Shown: positions 61,345 to 64,000 of the stretch, in pieces
Position numbering within the stretch: the first letter of the stretch is position 1
How the letters are laid out: each line of letters opens with the position of its first letter
The notes under the pieces: model-generated
What the model was told of the DNA's origin: nothing
What the model saw: the letters and a program-made list of their open reading frames with translations, nothing else
Databases searched by the model: none
Origin: Protoeuglena noctilucae
Lineage: Eukaryota
NCBI GenBank assembly: GCA_958009085.1
Contig: OY253686.1
Span: 558,001-622,000 of the forward strand
Direction: 5' to 3'
DNA: 64,000 bases
Program-made: the position numbers and the translations under genes

Positions 61345-63007
61345 TCAGACATAGATGGCGGCGCAGGGCCCCCCCTGCGGCACCCCGGCATCGCACGGCC
61401 AGGGCAAACCCCACATGCCCTCCATGAAGACCCGGTCCAGCCACGCGGTGCGCCGCGCCGTGGACCCGATGCACGCGTGGAGCAGCCCGGGCGGCGCGGC
61501 CAGGCCCAGGATCGTGCTGCACTGCCGGCGGCGCCAGGAAGACGCTGCGAGGGCAGGGGCGTCGACGAACAGTGATGGATGTGTCATAAGGACCAGTAGG
61601 CATCGGGCAAACATGGTTGCTCAGTGGAGAGGAGCTGATGAGCCACGTGAGAAGTCATTGAGCTTTATCGCCGTCATGTTGCGTTGCCACGGCCCCTGGA
61701 TGTCACCTGCAAGGATGGCCCAGCGCAGGGGCAGGGCGACGAGTGCGTTGGTGGCGATCCAGCCAATGACGACCCCAAAGGGACCCCGAGTCTGCAGCCA
61801 CCGCACTCCCTGGCGCATGAAACCCACGACCGTGACGGCGTACCACGCCAGGGTCAGCACCCCCTCCACTGCGTCCGCGGCCGCGTCTGCAAAACAGAAC
61901 GCTGGTTGCGCTGCGTTAGGTACAACAGTCAGATGGGTGAGTTGTGACTATTAGGGCAGATGAACGGCAGGTGCTGGCGATGGGTCACGGGTACACGCAT
62001 GGCGTGCTTATTAGATAGCACACAGTTTCATGCATTCACATCTCGGTCCGCTGGCTCACCGGGGTCGTGCAGGAGCCCGTAGGTGAGGAAGGGCAGGGCC
62101 AGGGGCAGCCCCAGCAGCGCTGCGACACCGAGCGACTCCCGCAGAGCCGTGCTGCCTGCGAGTGCCAATGTGTGGGACATCTCTGCTCGTGCTGATAAAA
62201 ACGACAGCAAAGATTCGAAGATTAACAACCATGGATGGTCGTGCCGTAGCTGCTAGTCGTTACTGGTAGTACCAGTATCTCTTCTGGCACGCGACGCACA
62301 CCTGGGTTGTCGTGGGCGGAGGCGGGGATGCGGAGGGGCGTGGAGACAAACACGAGCATGCGCCAAATCCAGCACAGGAAGGGGAGCAGCAGCCCAGGGT
62401 CCTCCATGGGACGGGGCCGGGGACCCCGGGGGTCGCGAAGGGCAGGGTTCGCTTTCCGCGCCTGCTCAATCCTCGCCCGCAGCTTCTCCGGCAGCCCCGT
62501 GACCTCCGCGCCGCAGACCTCACACGTGGCGTCCACTCTGCGGCAGAGCCGGAATGTGACGGCATGCGGAAACGGGAGCACGGGGTCACGCCCCGCAACC
62601 ACCGGGGCTCTTCGGACGCTCACCGCGTGTCGCCAAACCAGCGCTCCGCGCACTTCCGATGCATAAACTCGTCGCCGTGGCTGCATCCGCAGCCCAGGCG
62701 CACGCAGCCGTCTCTCCGAGACCGCACCTCCCCCAGACAAATCCTGCGCGGAGTGCGAAAGCGCGAGCGGCGTTCGCGCCGCCACCGGAAACAAGTGTAA
62801 ATGCTCCGTCCATCGCAATGGCTTGCTGGGGCATCGGAGCCCGACGTCGCTGGCGGGGTCAACACCAGCCAAGAAAGCACCAGCACTCCGCGTCCACCTG
62901 CATTCCCGGCCGCGGGTCGGGGGCCCGGCATCGTCCTTGGATCCACCCATTGCGAGGCACTCGCGGAGGACCCTGGCTTTTCTCCTCCACGCGAGGATCA
63001 GCGGCAT
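61345..63007 (-). CDS. RING-CH (RINGv/MARCH-type) membrane E3 ubiquitin ligase
   Basis: Spliced ECR|ICLGE...LGCGCSHGDEFMHRKCAERWFGDTR|VDATCEVC matches the C4HC3 pattern and is followed by hydrophobic exons. Start (63007 or 62950) and last exon are tentative. Confidence 0.75.
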
Positions 63008-63182
63008 CTTGGGCCGCCGCGAGGCCGGGCCCTCGGAAGCCGCGCGCTCTCCACTGGCCGTTTGCCTCGCATTCACAAACCACACGAATTCATCGCAACG
63101 AGATGTTCTGCGCAACGACCGGCACCTGTGGGGTTCTACAAGCGTGCTACTGACGCCTGCAACGAGTCAGGCAGACGCTAAG

Positions 63183-64000
63183 CTAGCTCCCCGCGACGCT
63201 CCCGCCGGCGCTCCATCCCTCCCGCGCCTTGCTCGCCCCGCGCTCGCCGCCGCGTCCTGCAGCCTCGCCACCGTCGCTGCGTCGAGCTTGCTCTCGCGCA
63301 AAACAAGGTCCAGGGGCACAGGACGGGCCCTGCAGGAGAGAGAACAGTTTAAGAAGACTTGGCGAAGAAAGGCAGGAGCGCGTCCGCATTCTGCCGCGCG
63401 CCCGGGCGAGGGCATCACGAGCGTCGCCATGCAGCTCGCACCGGAGGGCCGCCTCGAGGAATCGGGCGCCGTCCGCGCCGAAGGTATTGCCGGAGATGTC
63501 GAGGCGAGCGAGCCCCGCGTTGTCGCGCACCGCCTTGGCCAGCGCGGCCACGTCCCGGTCGCCCAGTTTGTTGCGCGCCAGTGACAGCGAACGCAGCGCC
63601 CGGTCCTCCGCCAGCGACGGCAGCAGCGCGGTTAGGCCCTCCGAGCGCAGCCGGCACCTGTCCAGCACCAGTTCCCGCAAGCACCCGCCCCCCAGCGCCT
63701 TGGCCAGCGCCCGCGCCCCATCCGCGCCCAAGTGATTGCGGCTCAGGTCCAACACCGCCAGCCGCGGGGGCGCAGACGCTGCGGGGGCACTCTCCGCCCC
63801 AGATCGCGTCGCCGATCCCGCTCCCTTGCCCCCCAGCGACCCCTCTCCCACGCCTGACCCTGCCCTGACCGCCCCCGCCCCGCCCTCGCCTGCCTCCCCT
63901 TCCGCCGGCACCAGGAGGGGCCACAGGGCCCGCACGCCCTCCCCCGCGATGTTGTAGTGGTCGGCGAGGTCCAGGGAGGTCAGCCGCGGCATCCACTTGG
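63183..64000 (-). CDS. Leucine-rich-repeat (RNI-like) protein, 3' part only
   Basis: LTSLDLADHYNIAGEG, LAVLDLSRNHLGADGARALAKAL, LRELVLDRCRL, LRSLSLARNKLGD, LARLDISGNTFGADGARFL. Confidence 0.82.
   Translation of the reverse strand, partial: KWMPRLTSLDLADHYNIAGEGVRALWPLLVPAEGEAGEGGAGAVRAGSGVGEGSLGGKGAGSATRSGAESAPAASAPPRLAVLDLSRNHLGADGARALAKALGGGCLRELVLDRCRLRSEGLTALLPSLAEDRALRSLSLARNKLGDRDVAALAKAVRDNAGLARLDISGNTFGADGARFLEAALRCELHGDARDALARARGRMRTRSCLSSPSLLKLFSLLQGPSCAPGPCFAREQARRSDGGEAAGRGGERGASKAREGWSAGGSVAGS

Overview
This is GC-rich, intron-dense eukaryotic nuclear DNA, most likely from a flagellated green alga (chlorophyte). Support: TGTAA poly(A) signals, a nuclear plastid-targeted CysA, and the ciliary genes CFAP52 and CFAP74. 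I assembled about 17 multi-exon genes by hand from splice sites and remembered protein motifs; no database search was run. In order: RPA1 (3' end outside the window), NADH-cytochrome b5 reductase, three tandem Orai-like channel genes, CYP23-type cyclophilin, CFAP52, NOP2, CTNNBL1, RPAC2, CysA, FKBP42/TWD1-like, CFAP74, CIAO1, GH32 invertase, an F-box/ankyrin gene plus a duplicated fragment, a RING-CH E3 ligase and a partial LRR gene. Three things stand out. (1) At least 27 short, near-exact 'echo' copies of exon ends sit in neighbouring introns (one in a 3' UTR), often including the splice site, and many mismatches are synonymous. (2) There are 19 GC-AG introns, roughly 15% of all introns. (3) The Orai-like triplet carries N, Q and E at the selectivity-filter position. 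CDS coordinates are whole-gene spans including introns.
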